DNA of 64,000 nucleotides from assembly GCF_006345805.1 (NCBI RefSeq), contig NC_042999.1:145576001-145640000 (forward strand). Reading direction: 5' to 3'. The notes below the pieces were generated by a model that searched no databases, had not been told where the DNA came from, and saw only the letters and a program-made list of their open reading frames with translations. Numbering within the stretch: the first letter of the stretch is position 1; the number at the start of each line of letters is the position of its first letter. Origin of the DNA: Octopus sinensis (Eukaryota). A program made the position numbers and the translations under genes. Of the stretch, positions 25,185 through 38,362 are shown one piece after another.

Positions 25185-25790
25185 TTTACCGAACTTACAT
25201 AAAAATATCTGGAAATACTAAACAGTAAATTTATTCTAAAAAATCGCCATTGGCTTCAACCACGGCCTACAGACGACTTCGGAATCTCCTGGAACTCTTC
25301 TAGACGTAGAAATTCTCCCACATTTTCCGGCGGAGAGATAATAAAGAATCGAATCTTGCTGCGACGCATATGGTCTTCCAGAAACAATCCTCTCCAGCCA
25401 GGGATTGAGTCTAATCGCTGGAAGCTTCATATAGCCTTCTGATTTGTGCCTAGGGCTCTGTCTCTGTTTATAGATGTGGAAACGAACTCTTGCGTGCGGA
25501 CGCAGTCAGAACGCTTGCTGTGTCCTTTTCTACTGACCACGACTTCGTAGTCTCTGTTTACAGCGTTGACAGAACATTGAGCAGCTGTCATAATGCCTGC
25601 ATTTTGATACCCTGCATGAATAAGCATGACATATGTAATTCTTTTCCAATATTCAGATGGCTTCTAATGCTCCATGTCAGCTAACCTTTTCTGAGCTACA
25701 ACTATAGTGTTTATGCTTTCCAGAATACATGATTGTTCAATAATACATCACGCTCTTCCTGTAAAAATAAGACCAAATATCGTAAAATTT
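25185..25790 (-). mobile_element. Deleted maT-related fragment
   Basis: Reverse-strand translations MLIHAGYQNAGIMTAAQCS...DYEVVVSRKGHSKRSDCVRT and AYMKL...GRPYASQQDS; the 3' end is homologous to 22790-22915. Confidence 0.8.
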
Positions 25791-25843
25791 AGCCTTAGAG
25801 ACAGAGAAGTGGTTTACAGATAAGTATTCTCTCAATATATGTA

Positions 25844-25894
<51 letters not shown>

Positions 25895-25910
25895 ATGTGT
25901 GTATGTGTGT

Positions 25911-26203
25911 GGAGGCACAATGGCCTAGTGGTTAGGACAGCGGACTCGCGGTCGTAGGATCGCGGTTTCGATTCCCAGACCGGGCGTTGTGAGTGTTTAT
26001 TGAGCGAAAACACCTAAAAGCTCCACGAGGCTCCGGCAGGGGGGTGGGGTGATCCCTACTGTACTCTTTCACCACTCTTTCTTTCACTCTGTTGGCCTGC
26101 TCGCTTAGCCAGCGGGGTGGCGTCATTCGAAGGCTAAAAAACAATGCGAACGCATTGTGACCAGCGATGTGTAAAACATCTGATGGTCTGGTCGGTCACG
26201 TGA
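25911..26203 (+). mobile_element. tRNA-derived SINE (family C, tail 1)
   Basis: A-box tggcctagtgg, B-box-like ggtttcgattcc, tail ...ggtcggtcacgtga followed by (TA)n. Confidence 0.9.
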
Positions 26204-26386
26204 TATATATATATATATATATATACCAATTAAGGACTGAACACGAAAAGGTGGACAGTCAACATGCTAGATATAGACGTCAAATCGCCATTCTCCACAA
26301 GGATTATGTTCTCAAATAAAAATAAAATTCAGCACGACCTAAAGCAATGGATGAGACAAAAGAAAAATACTAAGTGGAATAATTAC

Positions 26387-26446
26387 CTACGTACTGCAGT
26401 TTCAGCTATTAATATCACAAGGATATCTGTAGCTTCATCAGCGTAG
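26387..26446 (-). ncRNA. Canonical type I hammerhead ribozyme (left-arm copy)
   Basis: Exact reverse complement of 26813-26872. Confidence 0.88.
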
Positions 26447-26812
26447 TTTGTTATGAGCATAATATACTGTACTAGATGAAAAACGGTACCGGAGTCCCGC
26501 ATGCAAAAAGTACAACCTATTACGTTCGGATATAAAATATTTTAATCTTCGGATTCTTTTTAATGTGCTAGACCACTGGTTTTAATTGACTAATATCAAT
26601 TTCTACCCTTAATTTTTAAATATGAAATATATGTTCTCAAACCGATAAATTGACTGCTGCTAATTATTGGCTGCAGGATAGTTTTTCGATTATCAGCGCG
26701 CCAAAAGTAGAGGCATTCGAAAGATACATCCGAACGTAATAGGTTGTACTTTTTGCATGCGGGACTCCGGTACCGTTTTTCATCTAGTACAGCATATTAT
26801 GCTCATAACAAA

Positions 26813-26872
26813 CTACGCTGATGAAGCTACAGATATCCTTGTGATATTAATAGCTGAAACTGCAGTACGTAG
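26813..26872 (+). ncRNA. Canonical type I hammerhead ribozyme; predicted cleavage after GUA (A26867)
   Basis: CTACG-CTGATGA-AGCTA..ATATC cttgt GATAT..TAGCT-GAAA-CTGCAG-TA-CGTAG. Confidence 0.9.
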
Positions 26873-27116
26873 GTAATTATTCCACTTAGTATTTTTCTTT
26901 TGTCTCATCCATTGCTTTAGGTCGTGCTGAATTTTATTTTTATTTGAGAACATAATCCTTGTGGAGAATGGCGATTTGACGTCTATATCTAGCATGTTGA
27001 CTGTCCACATTTTCGTGTTCAGTCCTTAATTGGTATATAAAATATTTTAATCTTCGGATTCTTTTTAATGTGCTAGACCACTGGTTTTAATTGACTAATA
27101 TCAATTTCTACCCTTA

Positions 27117-27157
<41 letters not shown>

Positions 27158-27789
27158 AAGGAAAATGATGTATCATTCCTTCCAGAAAACGAACTGTATG
27201 TCTGCTGTAAACCGTAAAGCATTGCTAACCATTACACGAAGGGGAGGACAGAAAATGTATTTCACTATTTTTTTAAGCACTAATTTAGCGAGATTAAAAA
27301 CAATCAACCAACATTTGGTGAATAATTTGATTTGTGTTTGTTGTCAGTTCAAAGGCTACCATTTATAAATATTCACCCAAGCAAGTCAATGCAATATAAC
27401 AACTATAGCATCACAAATATTGCACCATGCTTTGCGAAAGTTTGACATTTGTAAATAATTAATTAATTTCAAGTTATCATTAACAATATTTGTATTTGCA
27501 AATAAATTCAAGGCCGGATATTGAAAATATTTAATAAAACATAATAATACACAGTTGTCCTTGTTTGACATGTAACTTGAAATAACAATTGGTAGTTCAA
27601 TTTATTAGAAGTTTTGTTTTCTAATCTCTCAGTGACTCCAATTTTATAGAAGTAGCACACATTTAACGATTCGATTGTTACATCAGGGGTGATCTAATGA
27701 TAAATCTAAGTAATTATTTCGATGTTTTACTAATCGAGGTATCCTAATTTAATACGGAGTACTTAATGCTTGTGAAAATGAATATCGCA

Positions 27790-27995
27790 TGGGGGATTAT
27801 GGTTTCGATTTCTTGACCCGGTGGTGGGTTGACTTGAGAAAAACACTTCATTTCACGTGGCTCCAGTTCATTCAGCTGTAAATGAGTAATCCTCCACGCA
27901 CAAGTGTCTCAGTCAGAGATATGTTTGACCTCGGTCACTTGTATGCCATCGAAATCGGGTACTCAGCTTTAAGAGTCTTTGGGCTCGAGACAATA
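27790..27995 (+). mobile_element. Degenerate SINE (related to the family at 51648)
   Basis: cacttcatttcacgtggctccagttcattcagctgtaaatgagta central domain. Confidence 0.65.
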
Positions 27996-28179
27996 ATATC
28001 CAGGGTACTTATTTTATATGTTTCTTAGTGTTAATCTTGCAAATATTTTCTGTGGCAGATGGACAATTTCCTTGAAATTTAACTAAGTAAAATAAATTTC
28101 ATCAGAGACACCTCTATGCCACGATACTAAGTCATCGTACAGTCCTTTCAGCAATTTTCACTCCAGTGCTGAATACGAG

Positions 28180-28615
28180 AGCAAAACAATGATTTCAAAT
28201 TTTGGCACAATGCCAGCAATTTCGGGAGAGGTGAAAGTCGATTAAATCGGCCCCAGTGCTCATCTGGTACTCATTGTATCGCCCCCGAAAGGATGAAAAT
28301 CAAAGTCGACCTTGGTGGAATTTCAACTAAGAACGCCAGAGCAAAATAATGAAAGGAGTTTATGAACATGACCACGAAATTGTCAAAAACCTGTTCAGAT
28401 GAAAATGCTTTACTAATTTAAAACTTCTTTCTACAATAGGAACAAAGCATGAAATTTTGGTGGGAGGAGGATAAGCGATAATATCAACGTCGGTGCGCTA
28501 CTGGTAGGATGACATCCAATGTTGACTTTGGTGATATTTGAGCAACTAGAACGTAAAGCTGGAAGAAATGCCGCCATTTTTGTCTGGCACCGTAACGATT
28601 CTGCCAGGTCACCGT
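28180..28615 (-). mobile_element. Two adjacent degenerate SINE family A copies (about 28180-28345 and 28410-28615)
   Basis: aaagtcgaccttggtggaatttcaact and ttctgccaggtcaccgtc are reverse-complement SINE A motifs. Confidence 0.75.
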
Positions 28616-28899
28616 CTTTTTGGATTTAAAAATTAATAGATTACCCATGACCCTTTGGATCAGTGACGGTTCAAGTTATAAAACTTTGAAGCCGACTGAA
28701 ACATTGCATTGGAATCAAAGTTAATTTTATGGTGACTCAGTTAAATATTTCAATTCGTTCGTGATATCATAGATCTGGTTTACAAATTTATGTCTAAGGT
28801 TTTATTATGTACACTATTTAATAGAAATAGAGCTTCCGGGATAAACTTGAACTCCAGTAAGAATATCCGCACGCTTCTGCAAAAATGTAAAAGGAATTG

Positions 28900-29450
28900 C
28901 TATATAATGTAAACATAAAATTAATGGAAACAATCTTCACAGTATTATATATTCCCATTTCAGGGTTATGTTACTTTCGGAGTATTTTCCCATTATGCAC
29001 CATTTTGGCTACTTATGAAGGTATCCCCCACCAAAAACAAAAAAAAAAACAAAACAAAATTCGCGTATCTCGAGAATCCGTGGTCCGATTTACGCGAAAT
29101 TTGTTTTATTCCGTTTGTATTCACATCTCAGAGGTACCTTACTTTCAGAGTATTTTCCTATAATGCGCCGGTTTGGCTGTATTAAATTATAGGCAAGCAC
29201 GAACGCAAGTAAGCACGCGAGCAAGCAATCACAGAGTTTTTTTAAATTGTACCCCACAAAACCGTGTATCTCAGGAATCCGTGGTCCGATTTACGCGAAA
29301 CTTGTTTATTCCGTTTGTATTCACATTTCAGAGTATTTTCCCATTATGCGCCGGTTTGGCTGTATTAAATTACAAACTAGCATGCGAGAAAGCAAGCACG
29401 CAAGCAAACACACGAGGAAGCAAGCAATCACTGAGTTTTAGTAGTATATA
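28900..29450 (+). mobile_element. Helitron/HINE-like element with an internal tandem duplication of about 190 bp
   Basis: gaatccgtggtccgatttacgcgaaa...gcaagcaatcac occurs twice; ends ttttagtagtatat. Confidence 0.45.
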
Positions 29451-29894
29451 TATATATATAAAGCGATGCAAATTACAATATTCTGCAGAAACAGTATTTA
29501 AATGTGTGCTTTTCCACATTTTCGTCTTTAAAGTACATATTTACTATTGAAGACAGAACTATTTTAACCTTGATATTTTTTATCATTTATCTACGCTCTG
29601 CAACGTTTCTTTTGCGATTGGATGTACATCAGACAAACAGACAACTATACTGCTGACTGTCCGACCAGGCAGTGGATTATTCATCGCTCAACATTTCCGA
29701 TCCGACAACAACTCAGTATCTCTCGGTCTTCAATTTGGTTCCTAAACCGGATATTGAAACTTTCGTTTCTAAAATCTAACAAACGTGACGGGTTAAATTC
29801 TTACACTCAATTTCTTTAATCCCATTCCCACTCCTCATCTAACTGCATCAGACTTACACGCCTTTCCTTTGTGTGTGTGTGTGTGTGTGTGTGT

Positions 29895-30195
29895 GGAGGC
29901 ACATGACCTAGTGGTTAGAGCAGCGGACTCGGAGTCGTGGGATCACGGGTTCGAATCTCAGACCGTGCGATGTGTGTGTTTATGAGCGACACACCTAAGC
30001 TCCACGCGGCTCCGGCAAAAGGAAATAGCGAACTTCTGCTAACACTTTTGCCACAACTTTTTCTCACTCTTTCCTCCTGCATCTTGCAGCTCACTTGCGA
30101 CGGACCGGCGTCCCGTACAGGTGGGGAACCTATACGCTAAGGAAACCGGGAAACTGGCTCTTATGAGCCAGGCATGGCTCGAGAAGGAACAATAA
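29895..30195 (+). mobile_element. tRNA-derived SINE (family C, tail 2)
   Basis: Head and centre are shared with 25911 up to gctccacg.ggctccggca; the 3' half is unrelated. Confidence 0.88.
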
Positions 30196-30922
30196 AAATA
30201 TATATGCTCACATATGTGTGTGTGTAAAGTAGGTGTATGATTGAATATGTATGTATCAATATATCTTTCTATCTTTATGTATATAAACACACAGACACAC
30301 ACACACACACATATACACACACATTATATCCCCCACAAAAGTGGGGCGCTACTAAGTCTTTGTTTCGACATGTGGTCTGTATGTCTACATGTGCCGATGA
30401 CTGTAATTAAAGTCTTGACGATAAGTATGTAGTTGCGCAGTTAACAACTCCGTATATTGATATAAATCTATATATATATATTTCCTGTGACTGCTACTTG
30501 TAATGTAGCATGAAGATTTGACTATCGTGAATGTTTACGTCGTATTGACAACTGTTTTATGTTTTGACGTAATATTGATTGCTAAATGGAACGTAATTTC
30601 CATTCTGAAACTTTCATTAACTCCCCTAATTGATCCCGATAAAATATTCTAGGCACGAACTAAGAGATGGCTGTTGACGCTCTACATGTAATTTAGACTG
30701 TTGTATTTGTTAGCTATTCTTATGAATTATTCTTCAGGTTCTTTAAGCTTCCTCTGTCTTTCTGATGCAAAAATAGGACGGTAATGGACTTCTTGTTAGC
30801 TGTTCTGAGTATTTCTGTTCCTAAGTTGCATATACGTACATATATACATACATACATACGCTCGCTTGTACAAACACATACGCACGCATGCGCAAACACA
30901 CACACATGATATATAAGTGTGC

Positions 30923-30956
<34 letters not shown>

Positions 30957-31017
30957 CAATTGGCTGCAATCGGTTTACGTTTAACCACACTGCTCTAAGA
31001 TCCTTTGTCCTCCAGTA

Positions 31018-31086
<69 letters not shown>

Positions 31087-31375
31087 GTGTGTGTGTGTCT
31101 GTCTCTCTATCTATCTGTCTGCATATATACACGCTCACACATGTATACTCATATTATTCGTACCAATCATTTTATTTATGGCTATATATGTTAAGCTGAA
31201 AGAATGTACATAAAATAATTTATGGGTGTTTGTGTTTCGTATTAAATTAAGTCTTTCTATTGCTGAAGATTTGTGTAGATATGCTAGTATTTTTGTACTT
31301 GCGCTATCTGAAATCAGTAGGTGGAGAAGTAGAAGTTTTTCATTTTGTTATATATTTGTTTGCATTAATCTAAAG

Positions 31376-31703
31376 CAGTGATTCTCAATCGGGGTCCATA
31401 TCGATCCTGAGGATCCGTATAAGATTTTGGGGTACCACAGAGCAAAATAGTGAATTGGAGATCCACAGTAGTTGTTTAAGAGCTTTCGGTGTATGTACTA
31501 GTTTATATTGCAAGAAACAGCTAGGTTTCTTTCTCTAACATTTTACATAGTTCAAACTGCATAAGTTAATGTGTGAAAAACAAAAGAGGAATTTTGAAAG
31601 AGGTTTCTATAAAACTAGCTTAAATATGGAATGATTATGGGATCCACCTGAATAAAATTGTAATCAAAGGGGTTCATACTTAAAACATGTTTGAGAAACC
31701 CTG
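31376..31703. mobile_element. hAT (Charlie-like) MITE, 328 bp
   Basis: Termini CAGTGATTCTCAA / TTGAGAAACCCTG; 8-bp TSD atctaaag / acctaaag. Confidence 0.85.
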
Positions 31704-32959
31704 ACCTAAAGCAATGTTTAGGTTTGTTTGTGAGCATACGTATGAGCATGTCTGTGTGTATGAAGTATGTTAAAACAAAGTGTGTACCAAAGTTTTTTCT
31801 GTGTGTTTGTGTTAGTAGATCATGAGTATGTTTTGATTAATGCTTTGTGTAGAATAATATTATTGTGTATGAATCTGTATGCGTTTTAGTTTATGTTTAA
31901 AGTATTAATGTATAAGCTCACGATGGTGAATTGGCAAAATCGCTGTTGCGTCCTTACTTGCGTATTTATTCCGACTCTTTACTTTCTGAATTCAAATGTC
32001 ACTGACGCCAACTTCAACTTTCATTCCCCATTAGATCAACTAAATAACGTGCTACTCAAGTATTAGAATCGATGTAACCGAATAACATTTGCATTTGTAG
32101 CCTGGTGACTATTTCGAAAACAATTATGCGTGTGAGAGTTATTTGTTAGTATAAAATAGTTGAGAAAAATAAAACGCATTTATTTTAAGGAAGTATACAC
32201 TCGATCATATAATTTCTATGCTTGGAATCTAATATATGTTCATGGTAGAAACAACGTAAAATGTCTCATTTTCCCCCTTTGTATTACGCTTTTAGCTGTC
32301 AAAAATAATCTGCATAAGAATGGTTTTAATAGGCATCATTCAGAAGATTTCATGATAAAACGTATTTAATCTTATTTTCTTCAAGGTGAACATTTGTTTT
32401 CATTCTTCGTTTTGTTTATTTTACTTTGAGACTGTTGACTTGAAAGATTAATGTGTAGAAGGGAACACGAGTGTAGTAGAACAATATTATCACTGAAATA
32501 AACAGATTACATGCCGATCTAACAAGAAAGTATTTGTGCGGTCACTCTGCTTGCTAGAAATTTTACAAAAATTCCCTTGAAATCATCGAATTAACTGAAA
32601 AAACAAAAAAACATCTCCTTACCCCTAAAAAAGAAAAAAGCAAAGTATATATTAGATAATGTAGACCGAAACGCACTCCTAAAATACATCATAGCTAGAA
32701 TATCTTTAACCACAGATATAAACAACAATATCAATAACAGCAAAAGAATAACATTTCATGTTTAGAAATTATTTTCTCAGAATCAGAAGGATGGAAAGTA
32801 AATACCATCTATGTTGGATTTCAACTGAGAATTGTGCTGTGCGATTCAATGCCCTAAAACCTTCCAGAATAGAATAGTTTAAATTAAGGGAACTATCCTA
32901 TTAATTTAAGATGAGAAAACATGAATTTACTATCGGTAACGAAATTTCTTAGCAAATAT

Positions 32960-33450
32960 ATATTGATTTCAAACTTTAGCATAAGGCCAAGTTCGAGAGA
33001 TTAAGTCGATTATGTCGACTCCTGTGCTCAACTGGTACTTATTTAATCGACTTCAAAAGAAACAAAAGTAAAGTTGACCTCGATATGATATAAACTCAGA
33101 AAATAAAGACGGACGAATTGGTGCCAAGCATTTCTCCTGCTCTGCTAACGATTCTATCAGTTCGCTGACTTAAAGCAAATAAATACCGAAAAGCATTAAC
33201 TTGGTGCTTAAATGTTTTGGCGGCTATCGGGCTAAAAGTATTGTTTCTAATCAATGCAGAAATATTTGAGCGAAATATTGTGCAAATTTAGGCGAGCAGT
33301 TTTTTTGTGGTGGGGTTATTGGACACAGTCCACTCAATACTTAACTGGTACTTTACTTAACGACTCCAGGAGGGGGTTAAACAAAATCAACCTCGGCGAG
33401 AATACACTCCACATCGTAAAGAACTAAAAGAAATACCACAAGGTATTTTC
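32960..33450 (-). mobile_element. Two degenerate SINE family A copies (about 32960-33180 and 33300-33450)
   Basis: aactggtacttatttaatcgac and aaaatcaacctcggcgagaat motifs. Confidence 0.7.
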
Positions 33451-34399
33451 CCGACGCTCTGAAAGTAATTTTCAGTTGCATACATGTCATTTGTATTTTG
33501 CTAATGTACATTTTTGTTTTCATGTAATTTTCCGGTAAATACCGTGAGTTATAGAAGTTAATTTCAAGTTCCAAAGTTTTCAGAACTTGTTTTGCTCACT
33601 ACGACATTTTAAAGAGATTTAGTTTATGGGAAGATTTGGATTTTCCCATTAAATTAATGAAACGCTAATTAGTCATTAAGAATTTGCGTTATTCGTAATT
33701 TATTATGGACTAAACATCGGCAAGATACTTGATTACAGCTAGGGGTAACTGAAATTTAGCTAACAAAAATTTAGGAATCATAATCATGCACATTATACTA
33801 TATAGTGTAATGGACCGATAGACTATCGTCCAAGTTAATATGATGGCCAGCTTGATAGACTTCGGTAGAAGCAACCGATATTTCGATAGCACATATATTA
33901 TTACTAATACTGTATCGTATTTGTGCTTCCATACGCTTAACTCACAAGAGCTAAGTCTACTTATTTCTAACTTATCCGCCACGTAGTAATTTTTGTATGT
34001 AGAATGTCAAATAGCTTGGCATTTGGCACGAACGCAAATACAGTGTCACAGATATGATATTCTCCAACCAAGCTGGAGGATGCTCAACAGAGTTGTAATG
34101 TATAACATTCTAGAGCAGTAGATCTCAATATTTTTGACTTCTCAGAGTGCTAGATATTAAATGAAAATATACTTTTCGTACGTCACACGGAATGTTAACA
34201 AAAACAGCCGTTTTGAAATTTTAAAACAATCATAAAATGAAAGAACAAACAATATATATATATATAAAAACAACCACTTATGGGAAAGAACGTGGCCTAC
34301 TGGTTAGGGATGCCGTGCTTACGATTATAAGGGCGTCAGTTCGATTACTGGAAGTCAGGTTTCTTTTGTCCTTGAGTTAAGACAACAGTTCCTACAATC

Positions 34400-35000
34400 A
34401 GCTAGAATGAATACCTGCCGGGTGATGGTGCGGCCTTCTGTATCTGTAGCTGTCATAACATGGATGTTTTACTTGGTCGAGTGAGAGAGAGATGTGAATC
34501 TCTCACAACATATGAATCTGAAACAATTAGGAAAAGTATTGAACATTCTACCAAGTCGAACAACGAAGTATGTGGATTACAGAGTTGGTACTTGCATATT
34601 AATCCTGTTTGACACCGTTTTCCACTAAACTTGGTTCTGAAAGTGTCAGTATTGAAGTTCAATCTTGTCAACATTTTGTGACGGAACTCAGTATGACCCA
34701 CAATACACTACAATAACTGTATCGAAACCTATGAAAAGATTCAAAAATGCCTCATATCGTAGCTCATTGCACTTTTCCATAAGCTGGCCGATTGAAAAAG
34801 TCATATCCATAGTATCCTGCTCTGCCCAGAATTCCCATTGGGTCTCAGAGATAACACCATGGCAGATTAATTTTGTTAAACGATTCAATAAAACCTTGAA
34901 CATAATTTCCTATCGAATCGAGCAGGCTTATACAACGATAGCCATCATATTCAGACCGAGAGGCTTTGTTTTTGAAAATGGAAAGCGTAATTGCAGCCAG
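34400..35000 (-). pseudogene. Decayed RTE-clade LINE reverse transcriptase fragment
   Basis: KVLLNRL...ISETQWEF...TMDMTFSIGQLMEKCNE...FIGFDTV resembles the RTE pattern ESQCGFR..T.DMIF..RQLQEKC.E. Confidence 0.75.
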
Positions 35001-35246
35001 CCGGTCTTACAGATAGACTTGCGATGCTGCTACAAATATGACTAGCGTGTATACACACACACACGTTTGGAACACTCAACAAATAGTCCTGCTGATGTGA
35101 ATATCTCTTAGAAACTCAAATAGAGAGAGGATAACTATGGACAACTGTTTTGAAACTTCCGACTTCTATATCCAAATAATAAACTCACATTTCTGCCAAT
35201 AATACTCAGTGTATTGGTTTTGTGAGTAAAACCCAAGTGACAATCA

Positions 35247-35458
35247 AGAAAAAGAAATCAACCCACTAACTTGCATATTACAAGTATAATCTCTAACAGT
35301 AAAAATATGCAAGATTTTCCTCAAGTTTAAAATGTTTTTGTTACTTGCTTTTCAGAAAAAGAAATCAACCCACTAACTTGCATATTACAAGTATAATCTC
35401 TAACAGTAAAAATATGCAAGATTTTCCTCAAGTTTAAAATGTTTTTGTTACTTGCTTT
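35247..35458. repeat. Perfect 107-bp tandem duplication
   Basis: agaaaaagaaatcaacccactaac...ttacttgcttt starts at 35247 and again at 35354. Confidence 0.97.
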
Positions 35459-36839
35459 CCATCGATGAAGCTTTGTATTTTTGTTAGAAAAAGCAGCTCG
35501 TTCCTCAGAGGAAGAATTTAAATAATTAAAAACAGAAGAGCACATACATACACACACAGATGCACATATGTGTGTGTATGTGTAGATGTACATATATACA
35601 AACATACATACACACACACACATACATATACATACAACGTTATTGTGTGCATCGTATGGACGTTAAATAAGCAGTTACATAAGATGTCGTAACTTACTTC
35701 GTAAGCCTCCAAAATCCACGTGTAAGATATAAAGCCATGCATTTTGTTGCACATACTGCGCAATAGCAATAGAAAGAACAAGAGAAAACAATATCAGTGA
35801 TATTCAAAATATTAATTCTAGCTACTGTTTCAATAATACTTTTATCATTTAGTCATAACCATTTAGTTATTATCATTCAGACATTATGTGATTCGTAAAA
35901 ACAACCTCAGCAGGGAAATCATTGGAACCATGGAATACAAAATTTAATTTAGCAATGATATTGACTGAAAAGTTTAAAAACGTTTTAAATAAAAGAAATG
36001 CAAATAAATAACTAAAAAAAAGAAATGATTATAATATCAAATCAACAGGTCGTTGTGAGAAATTTGATCTGTCTACACCTTATTTACAGATTACATACCC
36101 GAATACGCATCAGGTCATACCAGTGGGGAATAAATCATGAAGCTGTATGTGTGTATTGTAGTAAACTGACAAACAGAATTCCAACACATAAAAGAATAAT
36201 GATATGCATACGTTTTACAAAAATACAATTCCATATAGACTGCTGTCTACATATATAATTTAAAACCAACTTTCACAGATTTTAGAATAGAATAAATTTA
36301 GCATAATGTTATCAAAGATAAAGTATTTAATATTTAATATCTTTCAAGGGGACGAAATTATACGTATGATTACCATATACACTTGCATCTATAAGGAACT
36401 ATACTACCTTGCTATTGCACACACATATACATGTACAGATGTCATTGACTAAGCTATACATGAATCACTATTAATGTTTTAAATTTTACGAATTCTCAAT
36501 TGTTCCATTTAGACGATCATACTGACGATAATTTATTCAGTTTTAATAATTTGTTTGCTTTCGTTATTACTAATTAATTAATTATTTGTTTGTGCTTTGA
36601 CCCATCTCTCTCTCATACGGTATATTTTTTGCATTTATATTGTAAATTATTAATTAGAATACCAATGTGCCATCTGCTATATCCCACAAGTGTATATATC
36701 ATACTGTATTCTTCATGCATCCATGGTGCTTTCCCTGTATGTAATGTTTGTACGTAAACGTATAAAGGACTATTTGTATACGAACATAACGATAAGTACA
36801 AAAATATTGTGAATATACTTACAATCTTACATATATATA

Positions 36840-36918
<79 letters not shown>

Positions 36919-37149
36919 CATGTGATGGTTGTCCACTCGTTGGATGAGCGTGACCGTCGCTGATGAGTTTTAAGTGTCAGCAATGCCCATACTAGGATTT
37001 TAAGTCGAGTGCAGGTTGTACAACACCACGGTGACTCTCACTACCATATGACATATTGGTATTCTAATTAATAAGTTACAATATAAATGCAAAAAAACCG
37101 TAGGAGAGAGAGAGAGAGAGAGGTCAATGTACAAACGAATAATTAATTA

Positions 37150-38286
37150 GTAATAATGAAAGCAAAAAAATATCCTCATTTCTCTAATAAAATCTCAAAT
37201 TCTTTTAATCTAAAATCGGCTAGAAGATTTAAAGATAAAAATAGAATTAGAATAAACGCTAACTTTAAAATGGATGGAAATCATAGAATACTAACTGCTT
37301 CAAAAACTGGTATAAACATTTAAACTATGGTCTTAACTCGGAGAATACTTTATATCGTTAATCGTTCCATTTGGTGAACAGGTCAATTACAATTTTTCTA
37401 AATCGTTTAATATAGCAATTCAAGAACATTTTCCAAGAAACCACAGTCGTTACAAAACTTTAATTGACATAAGATTAGATCGGGTTATTGTCTTAGCCAT
37501 AATATTGCACAAGCTATAGCAGCACATAATGTTAAAATAGTATCGAAATTTCAGAAAAGCGATTACTATCAGAATAGCATAATAAATTCGAAGCATAATA
37601 GCGTCAGACGGAATAAACTCAAATAGTAGGGAACGCTAAGAAATTAAATGCCGTGGAAAGGGACACAGTCCAATTTAATATAAATAATAACGTCAAATCG
37701 AATAAAAATTCAGCTAGAAATAGAACATAGATAACGTCATCTAAATGAGTAATTAGTACCAAGGAACTTGGTGGAAATGAATTTAATTCTACAATGAATG
37801 ATCAAATCTATCTTTGCAATTGTTCTAAACGGGGCATCATTAGTTTTCAAGAGGAGACTGGTAAATCCTTTGATTTCATTTGAAGACAAAAATAAAAAGT
37901 TTCGAAGAAGGCTTAGGAAATTAATTTGGTCTTTGAAGGACAGTAACAGGGACTTTACGGATTAAATTAGAGTTAATTTATACTGCAAAACCAAAACTAT
38001 ACAGACATGGAAACAATAGATGTGACCTTGTTTAGAAGAATTTTACAAGATTTTCACATCCAAGGATAATGTGATAAATTCTAGACAGGAGCAAGCATTG
38101 AGATGCTTGCACATGAGGTATTTGCGAAGTATAAATGAATAATTATCATTTAAACTATAGATATAGGAATGGCTGTGTGGTAGGTAGCTTGCTTACCAAC
38201 CACATAGTTCTGGGTTCTACTGCAGATTCGGACCGACCAAAGCTTCGTGAGTGGATTTGGTAGATGGAAACTGAAAGAAGCCCGTC

Positions 38287-38362
<76 letters not shown>

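Larger units (their letters stand above)
26221..27121. mobile_element. HHR-bearing non-coding retroelement with structure inverted-A + B-C-A-B
   Basis: 311-bp inverted arms 26221-26531 / 26728-27038 (2 mismatches seen); about 87-bp direct repeat B starting at 26531 and 27036 (period 505); (TA)n on both sides. Confidence 0.9.

Noticed and set aside
25911-25985. tRNA-like sequences (also at 29895, 51895-51966 and 3083)
   Set aside because: A and B boxes are present, but the cloverleaf is imperfect and they continue into SINE bodies; SINE heads, not tRNA genes.
26264-27010. Identical ORFs on opposite strands (MLDIDVKSPF...)
   Set aside because: A by-product of the inverted repeat; they are antisense to the hammerhead and have no recognisable domain.
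28900-29450. CRISPR-like or regularly spaced repeat array
   Set aside because: Only two long diverged tandem units with no repeat-spacer periodicity; eukaryotic context and no cas genes anywhere in the window.
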